DNA of 63,635 nt, the filler included, from Octopus bimaculoides (Eukaryota), in assembly GCF_001194135.2 (NCBI RefSeq). It is 8 parts of 8 records of this genome, joined end to end, with 100 filler letters (N's around TTAATTAATTAA, not from the genome) between each part and the next. Parts side by side here need not be neighbours in the genome. Positions count along the whole stretch, not along the records: positions 26,400 to 33,593 come from NC_068987.1; positions 33,694 to 39,849 come from NC_068989.1; positions 39,950 to 48,736 come from NC_068988.1; 5 more parts are not named here. The stretch is one strand, 5' to 3'. Positions 28,266-40,150 of the stretch are shown here, one piece after another. Position numbers and translations under genes: made by a program. The stretch's first letter is position 1. Each line of letters begins with the position of its first letter. Below the pieces are notes generated by a model, which made no database searches, was not told the DNA's origin, and worked only from the letters and a program-made list of their open reading frames with translations.

Positions 28266-28937
28266 TCATACACACACACATGCACACACACATTCATACA
28301 CACACATATGCACACACACACAAACATGTACAAAGTCTTACATTCATGCACATAGAAACACACTCACACATAGATATTCACATACCGACACTCACACACC
28401 CACCCTCACATACACATACGTACACACTCACACACACACACACTCAGACGCATGCACACATACAAACACACATACACTCAAACACACACATATACATACT
28501 CACACACATACACATACATACAACAAAGAGAGAGAGAGACACACACACACATTCATACACCCATATATGCACACACACATACACAGATATTCACATACTA
28601 ACACTCACACACCCACCCTCACATACACATACATATACAAATACATTCACACACACACACACTCACACAAATTCCTTCCTTTGTCAAATTTATTGTTGTT
28701 GTTGTTGTCTAGTCATTTGTCATCTCATTTTTCTTCTTAATCTGTTAATTGTTTTTCTTGTAATTTTCATTTTTTTTATATAGTATATTTTTTAATTGGT
28801 TGTAAATCATTAGTGTTGTTGTTATTGCTCCTGTTGTTGCTGTTGTTAATTAATTAAATTAGAGGTAGTTCTTGTTTTCATCAATTAGTCATTCAGAAAA
28901 TGTCATTTATTTCATTACTACAACAGATTATATACAT

Positions 28938-28974
<37 letters not shown>

Positions 28975-29270
28975 TATATATATGTGTATTACACATGCAT
29001 AAAGACACATATACACACACATGTATGTGTATAAACGAAAAAAGAGCACTCAGTACATTGTGTAGAGTACATATTTAAAGGTTAGTTGTGAATGGCTCAC
29101 AGAGTCATAACTCAGAGTTTCATAAGCTATTATCCTAACAGAGTTACATAATCTATTATTGTTGCTCAGATATGTGGGCGAAGGTAGTGACATGTGCAGA
29201 CTGATGCTATTATAGACGCCAGTCTGTTTAATGTAGTTTTCTATCTTTTAATGGTGGTTTCAGTTTATTA

Positions 29271-29397
29271 ATTAAGATAGCCTTCTTGATTTGAAGGCTG
29301 AATATGTTAGGCTCCATAGCTCTGATGAATACTCCAGCCACTAGAATCATGGAACGTAACATAGGCAACCTTCAAATCAAGAAGGCTATTCTAATTA
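29271..29397. repeat. Short inverted-repeat element with perfect 21-bp arms
   Basis: atagccttcttgatttgaagg (29277-29297) is the exact reverse complement of ccttcaaatcaagaaggctat (29369-29389). Confidence 0.85.
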
Positions 29398-29438
29398 CTC
29401 GTTCTCCATCCATATTATTTTTTCAGTGTTTGTTTTAA

Positions 29439-29515
<77 letters not shown>

Positions 29516-29517
29516 TT

Positions 29518-29552
<35 letters not shown>

Positions 29553-29668
29553 ATCTCTTTTGTGTGTAATTGTGAATATATACACACTTACACATATATA
29601 TGCGTGTGTGTGTACATTCCCACATCCGTACATTGTGTTGCATATTTGTGAGTGTGCATGGTGCATGT

Positions 29669-29787
29669 AGCTGTGTGGTAAGTAGCTTGCTTACCAGCCA
29701 CATAGTTTCTGGTTCAGCCCCAATGCGAGTCACCTTGGGCAAGTGTCTTCAACTATAGCCTTGGGTTGACCAAAGCCTTGTGAGTGG
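29669..29787 (+). mobile_element. SINE family A, 5' half
   Basis: gctgtgtggtaagtagcttgcttacc...caccttgggcaagtgtcttcaactatagcc...gaccaaagccttgtgagtgg. Confidence 0.9.
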
Positions 29788-29840
29788 TTGTCAAGCGATG
29801 GTGTCAGTGGGGACAAACACATACACTCTCACAAACCTAC

Positions 29841-30012
29841 ATATATGCATGACTGGCTTCTTTCAGTTTCCGTCTACCAAATCCACTCACAAGGCTTTGG
29901 TCGACCAGAGGCTATAGTAGAAGACATTTGCCCAAAGTGCCACACAGTGAGACTGAACCTGGAACCATGTGGTTGGGAAGCAAGCTTTTTACCACACAAC
30001 CATTCTTGCACC
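29841..30012 (-). mobile_element. SINE family A, 5' half
   Basis: ggcttctttcagtttccgtctaccaaatccactcacaaggctttggtcg...gaaccatgtggttgggaagcaagc. Confidence 0.9.
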
Positions 30013-30016
30013 TATT

Positions 30017-30084
<68 letters not shown>

Positions 30085-30250
30085 CACACACAGATATGCA
30101 GACACACACACACACACATATCACGCCAACGTGGAGAACAGATGTTGAATGATGATGATGATATGAAGATATATATACACACATATAAACGTATATATAT
30201 ATAATAATATAGCATATATATCTCTATCTATACATATATACATATGTGCT

Positions 30251-30281
<31 letters not shown>

Positions 30282-31107
30282 ATAGAATAAATAAATGTAT
30301 ATGTATCATATATATGTTTATATAAGTGGATATATATATATATATATATATATANNNNNNNNNNNNNNNNNNNNNNNNNNNNNNNNNNNNNNNNNNNNNN
30401 NNNNNNNNNNNNNNNNNNNNNNNNNNNNNNNNNNNNNNNNNNNNNNNNNNNNNNNNNNNNNNNNNNNNNNNNNNNNNNNNNNNNNNNNNNNNNNNNNNNN
30501 NNNNNNNNNNNNNNNNNNNNNNNNNNNNNNNNNNNNNNNNNATATATATATATATATATATAAATTTTTGGCAGTTTTCTTCTTTTCAATGCTAGACATA
30601 ATAGGTAGGACTGCTTCTTTTTTATCCTTTTTTTTTTCAAAGCGAGTGAATGTTTTGACAGCTGGAGCTTATTGTCAGTCAGGCAGACTCTGGCGCATCA
30701 CTCATCACCCATCACTCCCTCACTGCATGGAAATGAACTCTTTCACGGTATTCAAGCTACCCCCGAAGGATTACCAGAAATTTATTTAATACATTATTGC
30801 ACTTCTTATCATGCAGATTAAGGTTATACAAATTTCAAAAGCAAAAATAAAATGAAAGAGAAGAAAAAAAAAAAAAAACGGGATGAAAGATAAACCCAGA
30901 AAACAATGCACATTTTTCTGCATGTAAACAAAACAGAATGATACTGGAACCGTTGCTGCATGGAAAAGATGCATAAAATCACAACCTATTTACTATGAGT
31001 GTCACAAAATGCCATTAACCCTAGCTCACCTTGTCCTTTCTTGTTTACAAAGGTTTTGTGGGGTGTTATTGTTGTGTTGTTGTTGTAATAACACTTGTAC
31101 ACATATA

Positions 31108-32100
31108 TGCAGGCATGGCTGGGTGGCAAGGAGTTTCCTTCCGAACCATAAGGCTCTGGGTTCAGTCCCACTGTGTGGCACCTTGGGCAAGTGTCTTCAA
31201 CTATAGTCTCAGACTGACCAAAGCCTTGTGAGTGGATTTGGTAGATGGAAACTGAAAGAAGCCAGTCGTGCATATATATATATATATATATANNNNNNNN
31301 NNNNNNNNNNNNNNNNNNNNNNNNNNNNNNNNNNNNNNNNNNNNNNNNNNNNNNNNNNNNNNNNNNNNNNNNNNNNNNNNNNNNNNNNNNNNNNNNNNNN
31401 NNNNNNNNNNNNNNNNNNNNNNNNNNNNNNNNNNNNNNNNNNNNNNNNNNNNNNNNNNNNNNNNNNNNNNNNNNNNNNNNNNNNNNNNNNNNNNNNNNNN
31501 NNNNNNNNNNNNNNNNNNNNNNNNNNNNNNNNNNNNNNNNNNNNNNNNNNNNNNNNNNNNNNNNNNNNNNNNNNNNNNNNNNNNNNNNNNNNNNNNNNNN
31601 NNNNNNNNNNNNNNNNNNNNNNNNNNNNNNNNNNNNNNNNNNNNNNNNNNNNNNNNNNNNNNNNNNNNNNNNNNNNNNNNNNNNNNNNNNNNNNNNNNNN
31701 NNNNNNNNNNNNNNNNNNNNNNNNNNNNNNNNNNNNNNNNNNNNNNNNNNNNNNNNNNNNNNNNNNNNNNNNNNNNNNNNNNNNNNNNNNNNNNNNNNNN
31801 NNNNNNNNNNNNNNNNNNNNNNNNNNNNNNNNNNNNNNNNNNNNNNNNNNNNNNNNNNNNNNNNNNNNNNNNNNNNNNNNNNNNNNNNNNNNNNNNNNNN
31901 NNNNNNNNNNNNNNNNNNNNNNNNNNNNNTACATAAATGTGTGTGTGTGGTTGTTTGTCCCCTACCACCACTTGACAACTGGTGTTGGTGTGTTTACCTC
32001 CTCATAACAGAATAAGTACCAGGCTTAAGAAAAATAAAATTCTTCAAGGTGGTGCCCCAGCATAGCCGCAGTTTAATGCCTGAAACAAGGAAAAGAATAA
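31108..32100 (+). mobile_element. SINE family A spanning an N gap
   Basis: Head and core at 31108-31272; tail at 31940-32100 (ccacttgacaactggtgttggtgtgtttac...ggtggtgccccagcatagccgcag). Confidence 0.8.
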
Positions 32101-32109
32101 AATATATGC

Positions 32110-32150
<41 letters not shown>

Positions 32151-32580
32151 ACATGCTCACATGATTAAATGCAAGTCACGTGACTGAAGTGAATACATAC
32201 AGGCTGTTCATTAACCCCTTTCCATGCAGATCTGACATGTAGCTCTGATTATGTGCAGAGAGAAAGAGACTTCATATGAAAAGGTCAACATGGCTTTAGT
32301 AAGTATTGTTGATTGAATTCTATGAATAGTAGCCATTAATCAGCTGTTCACTTTGTTACAATAACTGGGCAGAAAACCAGAACTGAGAAAATAACTGGTT
32401 TGTATAACTGTTATTTCTATCTCATCAGCAGTTTTCTTAAGATTACAAGAAAAAAAAAAAACCAGAAGTCAGCAAAACTGACAGGATTTTTATATTGACT
32501 AGTTTGCAGTATTTTGTTTTGCATCTCTGCATTGTAAGTTCTAATCTCACAGAAGTTAACATTGGATTTAATTGTTGGAG

Positions 32581-32907
32581 CCTGGTGTAGCCATCTGGTT
32601 TCACCAGTCCTCAGTCAAATCGTCCAACCCATGCTAGCATGGAAAGCGGACATTAAACGACGACGACAACGGCGATGTAAAAAGCACTATCCGAATATGA
32701 TCCATGCCAGGGCAGCCTGAATGGCTCTTGTGCCAGTGGCAAGTAAAAAGCACCATCCAAACGTGGTCGATGCCAGTAGACCCTGACTAGCCCCTGTGCT
32801 GGTGGCACGTAAAAAGCACTATCCGAACGTGATTGATCCCAGGCCCGTCTGACTGGCTCTTGTGCTAGTGGCACATAAAAAGCATCAGCTAAACGTGGCC
32901 GATTCTT
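32581..32907 (+). repeat. Retroposon-type 3' tail ending in (ACG)n, followed by 3.5 copies of a 66-bp tandem repeat
   Basis: cccatgctagcatggaaagcggacattaaacgacgacgac resembles RTE-type 3' ends. Units start at 32671, 32738, 32804 and 32870 (ggca-gtaaaaagcac-atcc-aacgtg...). Confidence 0.75.
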
Positions 32908-32924
32908 GATATTATCATTATTAT

Positions 32925-33330
32925 TATTAAGGCAGCAAGCTTGCAGGAGAGGGTAAGACAATTGCATTGATCCCAGTGCTCAGTTGGTACATATTTTATC
33001 AACCTTAAAAGGATGAAGGGCAAAGTTAACTCCAATAGAATTTGAACTCAGAACGTAAAGATAGATGAAATGCCACTTAGAATCTTGTCCAACATGCTAA
33101 CAACTCTGCCAGAGAGCTGCCTTGATAATGGAAACAATATTGGTTTTAAGTTTTGGCACAAGGTCAGCAGTTTCAGGGGAGGGGGTTAAGTCGATTATAT
33201 CGACCCCAATGCTCAACTGGTACTTATGTTATTGACCCCGTAAAGATAAAAGCCAACGTTGGCCATGGCAGAATTTGAACTCAAAATGGGAAGATGGACA
33301 AAATGCCACGAAACATTTTGTCCAGTATTC
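32925..33330 (-). mobile_element. Two tandem degenerate SINE family B copies
   Basis: aaaggatgaagggcaaagttaactccaatagaatttgaactcagaacg (~33010-33057) and ttgaccccgtaaagataaaagccaacgttggccatggcagaatttgaactc (~33231-33282). Confidence 0.8.
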
Positions 33331-33374
33331 TTTTATTCTTTTACTTGTTTCAGTCGTTTGACTGTGGACAGACT

Positions 33375-33478
<104 letters not shown>

Positions 33479-34116
33479 TATAGATAGATAGATAGATACA
33501 TAGATACATTTCTTTTATTAGCCACACAGGGCTCAACGAAGATGGGACAAATACAATGTAGAGCTTTTCTTTTTGGGAGGGGGAAGGAAGGAANNNNNNN
33601 NNNNNNNNNNNNNNNNNNNNNNNNNNNNNNNNNNNNNTTAATTAATTAANNNNNNNNNNNNNNNNNNNNNNNNNNNNNNNNNNNNNNNNNNNNATATATA
33701 TATATATATAAATATAAATATAATATGATATAATATATATATAATATAATATATAAGCATATATATATATACACACAAACACATATTTACATATATTTAT
33801 AGATACATATGTACATATATATGTACGTATCGTTAAAGACGAGCGAATAGCTACGAACACACGCATACATACATACACATATATTTAGAATATACACACA
33901 TGCACATACATTCGCAGTTCTTCGCTAACGTTTGTATGGAACGCATTGAACAGTGTGTTTATACATATATTTCCCCAATACACATGCACATATACACACA
34001 CACAGACACATTCATGTCTATGTGTTTGTTTGTTTGTTTGTTTGTTTGTTTGTTTGTTTCTTTCTTTCTCATTCGGTCTGTCTGTCTCTGTCACTCTCTC
34101 ACACATTCACACTCAA

Positions 34117-34157
<41 letters not shown>

Positions 34158-34692
34158 TATATNNNNNNNNNNNNNNNNNNNNNNNNNNNNNNNNNNNNNN
34201 NNNNNNNNNNNNNNNNNNNNNNNNNNNNNNNNNNNNNNNNNNNNNNNNNNNNNNNNNNNNNNNNNNNNNNNNNNNNNNNNNNNNNNNNNNNNNNNNNNNN
34301 NNNNNNNNNNNNNNNNNNNNNNNNNNNNNNNNNNNNNNNNNNNNNNNNNNNNNNNNNNNNNNNNNNNNNNNNNNNNNNNNNNNNNNNNNNNNNNNNNNNN
34401 NNNNNNNNNNNNNNNNNNNNNNNNNNNNNNNNNNNNNNNNNNNNNNNNNNNNNNNNNNNNNNNNNNNNNNNNNNNNNNNNNNNNNNNNNNNNNNNNNNNN
34501 NNNNNNNNNNNNNNNNNNNNNNNNNNNNNNNNNNNNNNNNNNNNNNNNNNNNNNNNNNNNNNNNNNNNNNNNNNNNNNNNNNNNNNNNNNNNNNNNNNNN
34601 NNNNNNNNNNNNNNNNNNNNNNNNNNNNNNNNNNNNNNNNNNNNNNNNNNNNNNNNNNNNNNNNNNNNNNNNNNNNNNNNNNNNNNNNNNNN

Positions 34693-34723
<31 letters not shown>

Positions 34724-35084
34724 ATTGTACATTTGTAAATGGGTAAATATCTCTACGTAAATACAAATAAAATGTTATATATTTGTGCGCCAGTAGGTGT
34801 ATTTATGAATATAATAAGAGTAGAAAAAAAAATATTTATTTATAAATTCACATTATGTGTTTGCTTGTTTCTTTGTGTGTTTGTGGTGTGCGTGTGCGTG
34901 TGCGTGTGCGTATAAAGATGTATGTACTTAACGCTCTGTCTTATACATACACGCACAGTACACGCACATACACGCATACGCACGCACACACACATGCACA
35001 TATGCAGAGGTATAATCGTGTGAATTGTGTATGTGTGGATACATACACTTGCATACGCATTTATATATGTATGTATATATATTC

Positions 35085-35514
35085 TTTTCTACTCTAGGCA
35101 CAAGACCCAAAATTTTTGAGGGGAGGACCAGTCAGTTAGATCGACTCCAGTACCCAACTGGTGCTTAACTTATCGACCCCGAAAGGATACAAGGTAACGT
35201 CGACCTCGGCGGAATTTGACCTCAGAGCTTAAAGACAGACGAAATACCACTAAGCATTTCACCCGCCGTGCTAACGTTTCTTATTTCTTTATTGCCCAGA
35301 AGGGGCTAAACACAGAGGGGACAAACAAGGACAGAGAAAGGGATTAAGTCGATTATATCGACCTCAGTGCGTAACTGGTACTTATTTTTAATCGACCCCG
35401 AAAGGATGAAAGGCAAAGTCGACTTCGGCGGAATTTGAACTCAGAACGTAGCGGCAGACGAAATACTGCTAAGCATTTCGCCCGGCGTGCTAACGTTTCT
35501 GCCACCTCGCTGCA
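35085..35514 (-). mobile_element. Nested SINE family B: a variant with the 'gggcaataaagaaataa' tail lies within the head of a standard copy
   Basis: Standard body at 35085-35280 ends at gctaacgtttc; variant at 35281-35499; residual head tgccacctcgctgca at 35500-35514. Confidence 0.85.
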
Positions 35515-35600
35515 TTATGTATGTATATATATTAAGTATATTCTTAGTGGAGTTTTGTTCGGATCCCAATATAGAGTGTAGGTCAACCCCCCTATTAATG

Positions 35601-35634
<34 letters not shown>

Positions 35635-35699
35635 TGCATGTATATGTAAGGAACCTTTCTATGCTAACCTTCCACAAAAGGACCTAGAGCCATATTTAA

Positions 35700-35850
35700 A
35701 TCGGTTGAAGAAAACAGCATGCAATTTAATGCAGGAAAATCCCAAGCCTTCGCTCTCAGCCCGTTTGTGTTAACATACCACAAATAAGACACTTTGAACC
35801 GAACCGAAAGGAATCTGAGTACAGTGTGTGATCTGGAAATTGCTCGAGCA
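35700..35850 (+). mobile_element. CR1-type LINE fragment
   Basis: Reads KSVEENSMQFNAGKSQAFAL, matching WVEDNNMQFNTEKFQALH of the CR1 at 13901-14740. Confidence 0.55.
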
Positions 35851-37082
35851 TCAATGCCTCGTTTATACTGGGAAATTTGATTTAGTTTTGCTAAGTTGAA
35901 TTTTTCCCTGTAAGTTTTGGATTTTATTCCCTAATACTTTATTATATATATATATATATATNNNNNNNNNNNNNNNNNNNNNNNNNNNNNNNNNNNNNNN
36001 NNNNNNNNNNNNNNNNNNNNNNNNNNNNNNNNNNNNNNNNNNNNNNNNNNNNNNNNNNNNNNNNNNNNNNNNNNNNNNNNNNNNNNNNNNNNNNNNNNNN
36101 NNNNNNNNNNNNNNNNNNNNNNNNNNNNNNNNNNNNNNNNNNNNNNNNNNNNNNNNNNNNNNNNNNNNNNNNNNNNNNNNNNNNNNNNNNNNNNNNNNNN
36201 NNNNNNNNNNNNNNNNNNNNNNNNNNNNNNNNNNNNNNNNNNNNNNNNNNNNNNNNNNNNNNNNNNNNNNNNNNNNNNNATATATATATATATATATATA
36301 CATGTATATGTGTGTGTATGAGTGTGTGTGTATGTGTGTATGCACGTATGTGTTTGTATAGATATACATTCAGAGGCACATATTCGCATTGCAATCACTT
36401 ATTTTTTTATAGTATCCGTATGCACTTTTATGTTTTCAAAACTCGTATCTGCTCAATCTGATTATCCAGATTCTCTTCCTTATAAACGTTCTTTGATAGA
36501 CCAATTAAGAAGCTTTATTAACAACAGGTAATTCCGTTTTAATTATTACCATATTTAATATAATGCCTTTTTTTACCAACCGAAAACAAACAACAGAAAC
36601 AACAAGATTTATACTAAAACATCAATTCTTTTTTGCCTCTGTGCATGTTCTCTAAAACTTGCTCCGACTTATGAACTTTTACATACACATACGCATGTAT
36701 GCATACATTAGATACAAACAATATTTTTATCGATCTTTTATTAAATATTTTAAATAGATAAGACAAATTATATATTTAGCTTGCCCTCCGGGGAAAACAT
36801 CATAATTGATTTAATCGATTTCTTGTTATTTGTTTACTTTGATGTTGAAAAGAAAGTATTTGTTAATTATCATGGTTTTCTGATATTGCCTGGGAGAGAT
36901 TACTGCATGCTGAATATAATTTATATTAGATAAGTGGAGAGCACAACACGGAGCAGAAGGTGAGCTCCTGGCAAGCCAATCACTGAAAAGTGTGTGAATG
37001 GTGGCGGCATTGTAAAATGGCGATGTGGTGGTATTGTTATCGATTATATTGATTTCAGAATCTTATTCATTTATTTATTTAG

Positions 37083-37415
37083 CAGAGATGGTGAGCTGGC
37101 AGAAACGTTAGCACGCCAGGCGAAATGCTTAGCGGTATTTCGTCTGCCGTTACGTTCTGAGTTCAAATTCCGCCGACGTCGACCTTGCCTTTCATCCTTT
37201 CGGGGTCAATAAATTAAGTACCAGTTACGCACTGGGGTCGATGTAATCGACTTAATCCCTTTGTCTGTCCTTGTTTGTCCCCTCTATGTTTAGCCCCTTG
37301 TGGGCAATAAAGAAATAAGAATCGTTAATATTTCATCCGTCTTTACGTTCTGAGTTCAAACCCTGCCGAGGTCGGCTTTGTCTTTCATCCTTTCGAGGTC
37401 GATAAATTAGAAACC
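37083..37415 (+). mobile_element. Nested SINE family B: the same variant within the head of an older copy
   Basis: Head ...gagctggca, variant body 37102-37318 ending aataaagaaataa, then gaatcgtta and a degenerate body to 37415. Confidence 0.85.
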
Positions 37416-37592
37416 GCTATTGTTGTACAGTCCTTGATCAGTTCTGATCGATTAGTTACTCCTATAGTCAGATAAACATTTAAGCAGGGTATGAGACGTT
37501 TTGGCACGGCTGTTTTGGCGCCGCTTTTTTGGAGTTACTGTTTCGACTCTGACTTATTTGACATCGGACATTTTCATGTTTCTTTCGTTTTA

Positions 37593-37635
<43 letters not shown>

Positions 37636-37759
37636 CCCCTCCTTTCTCTGTTTACGTGTGTAAGCATATTTCTCTTCATGTGTATGAGAAAAGGAAAAGT
37701 ATTTCATGTCAATCATGTTCAATTAACAGTAAAAGGAACAAGAATTGTAACGATAACAG

Positions 37760-37762
<3 letters not shown>

Positions 37763-37826
<64 letters not shown>

Positions 37827-37855
37827 CACCACCACCACCACCACTACCACCAACA
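37763..37855. repeat. (ACT)n/(ACC)n compound microsatellite
   Basis: Direct reading. Confidence 0.95.
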
Positions 37856-38221
37856 CCAGTGGTTAGGTCAGCGGACTCGCGGTCATAGGGTCGCGGTTTC
37901 GATTCCCAGACCGGGCATTGTGAGTGTTTATTGAGCGAAAACACCTAAATCTTCAAGAGGCTCCGGCAGGGGTAGAAATCATGCCGTTCTCCTTCACCAC
38001 AACTTTCTCTCATTCTTTCTCCCCGTTTCTGTTGCACCTGTATTTTCAAAGGGGGCCAGCCTTGTCACACTCTGTGTCATGCTGAATCTCCCCCGAGAAC
38101 CACGTTAAGAGGTTACACGTGTCTGTGGAGTGCTCAGCCACTTGCACGTTAATTTCACGAGCAGGCTGTTCCGTTGATCGGATCAACTGGAACCCTCGTC
38201 GTCGTAACCGACGGAGTACCA
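37855..38221 (+). mobile_element. SINE family C (tRNA-derived, 5'-clipped)
   Basis: Partial A-box cagtggttag and B-box-like ggtttcgattccc (37895-37907), followed by a ~300-bp non-coding body ending tcgtcgtcgtaaccgacggagtacca. Only one copy is present in this window. Confidence 0.6.
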
Positions 38222-38508
38222 CGATGTTGTTACTGTTGCTGTTGTGATTGTTGTCGTTGTTACTGTTGTCGCTTTTGCTGTTATTATTATTATTGTTGCT
38301 GTTGTTGTTTTGTTACTATTGTTGTTATTGTTGTTGTCATCGTTCTTGTTATTGTTGTTGTTGTCACTTTCATTTTTGTAGTTGTTTTTGTCATTATTGC
38401 AGGTTCTTTTCTTAACCTTTTACAAGCTCCTTCTAAAAATGTGTAACTCGCCTATCCCAACACCCACCACTTATTGCTATATAGTAGTATTAGTATTAGT
38501 GTTAATCC

Positions 38509-39372
38509 AAGGAATTGTCCACACAGAATTTGTTCCTCCTGGTCAAACTGTTAACCAGATATTTTATTTGGCAGTTCTGAAACATTTGCGAGACGCAGTG
38601 AGACCAAAAGGCCCCGAACTGCGGAAAAGGAAAGAGTGGTAGTTTCATCACGGCAATGCGCCTGTGCACATCACCTTGACTGAAGGACGAACTTGTTGAT
38701 GTGACTGCTGTGTCCTGGAACTCCTGCCAACGAATTCGGAGCCAGAAATTGAGAATGAAAAGAGTTGCAGCAAAATTCGCGCCTCGTCTGCTCACGGAAG
38801 ATCAAAATCAGTCACGACTGAATGCGTGTCATGAACTGAAAGAACGGTTGGAAGTTGATCCGGATCTTTATTCAAAGGTCATCACTGGTGACGAAAGCCG
38901 ATGCTACGGCTATGACCTAGAAACAAAGCAACAATCAAGCCAATGGTAGCATTTGATGTCACCACGCCCCCGCAAAAAGCGCGTCAGGTGAAGTTCAACG
39001 TGAAGACGATGCTGATTTGTTTCATCGATGCGAAAGGAATTGTCCACACAGAATTTGTTCCTCCTGGTCAAACTGTTAACCAGACATTCTATTTAGCAGT
39101 TCTGAAGCATTTGGGAGACGCAGTGAGACCAAAACTCCCCGAACTGTGGAAAAGTGGAGAGTGGTAGTTTCATCACGGCAATGCGCCTGTGCACACCTCC
39201 TTGACTGAAGGACAGTTTTTGACTTAAAATGGCAGCATGACTCTGCTTACCCAGCCTCCCTATTCATCCGATCTTGCTGCCCTGCGACATTTTTTATTCC
39301 CTGGAATGAAAACAGTCCTTAAAGGAAAACGTTTTGCAGACGTGCAAGAGTTGAAGACGAAAATCGAAGGCG
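38509..39372 (+). mobile_element. Decayed mariner transposase with a partial tandem duplication
   Basis: Frames give MKRVAAKFAPRLLTEDQ, VITGDESRCYGYDLETKQQSSQW, KTMLICFIDAKGIVHTEFVPPGQTVNQ, FHHGNAPVH and QPPYSSDLA...FLFP.MKTVLKGKRF, corresponding to the mariner WVPxxL, TGDExW, HDNAPxH and YSPDLAP motifs. Confidence 0.93.
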
Positions 39373-39404
39373 GAAATAAAAATATTAATATTAGTATTAG
39401 TAGC

Positions 39405-39438
<34 letters not shown>

Positions 39439-40110
39439 GATGTCACTGGTTGAAACCTCTCACTGTTTTCCAATTCATCTTTACAAAACCCCCTTCTCAC
39501 CCCCAATCATTCCATTATCATAGTTTTTTATTATTATTATTGCTATTGTCTATATTGTTATTTTGACCCCTATTCGTATATATAAATCGTCTCCGTAATT
39601 GTTCCCCATCCCAATCGTCACGTTGTTGTTCTTGTCGTTGTTGTTGTTGTTGTTGGTATTTCGAGCATTCTGCCCCTACCCCCGCCTTCCTTGTGCTTTA
39701 CAAACTGTCTCTGTAACGCCCTTCTCGTTTCGTCTCCTTTTCAAAATTCATCCATGTTGCTACGAAAGGAAATGATTAATTTTATTTTTAGAAATGAAAG
39801 TAAAGAAAGACAAAAATTTGACATAATTTATTTTAATTCTGGGGTCTTANNNNNNNNNNNNNNNNNNNNNNNNNNNNNNNNNNNNNNNNNNNNTTAATTA
39901 ATTAANNNNNNNNNNNNNNNNNNNNNNNNNNNNNNNNNNNNNNNNNNNNGAGCAAGAAGAAAAGGCAAAGAAATGTGAGAGAGAAGGAACGAAAGAACAA
40001 AGAATGGAATAAACGAATAAAAGTGAAAGGGTTGATAGACAGAAATAGAGTCATACAAGATTTAGAAAAATGCATACTTACATATAAGAGACCAAAGTGT
40101 ATGTACGCCG

Positions 40111-40146
<36 letters not shown>

Positions 40147-40150
40147 TATG

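Noticed and set aside
28240-28670. ~213-bp spaced duplication within the CA-rich tract (gatattcacatac...cacccaccctcacatacacatac)
   Set aside because: It is an ordinary local duplication inside a microsatellite mosaic, with no further structure.
32671-32907. CRISPR-like appearance of the 66-bp array
   Set aside because: The units are homologous along their full length, with no unique spacers and no cas genes, in a eukaryotic context.
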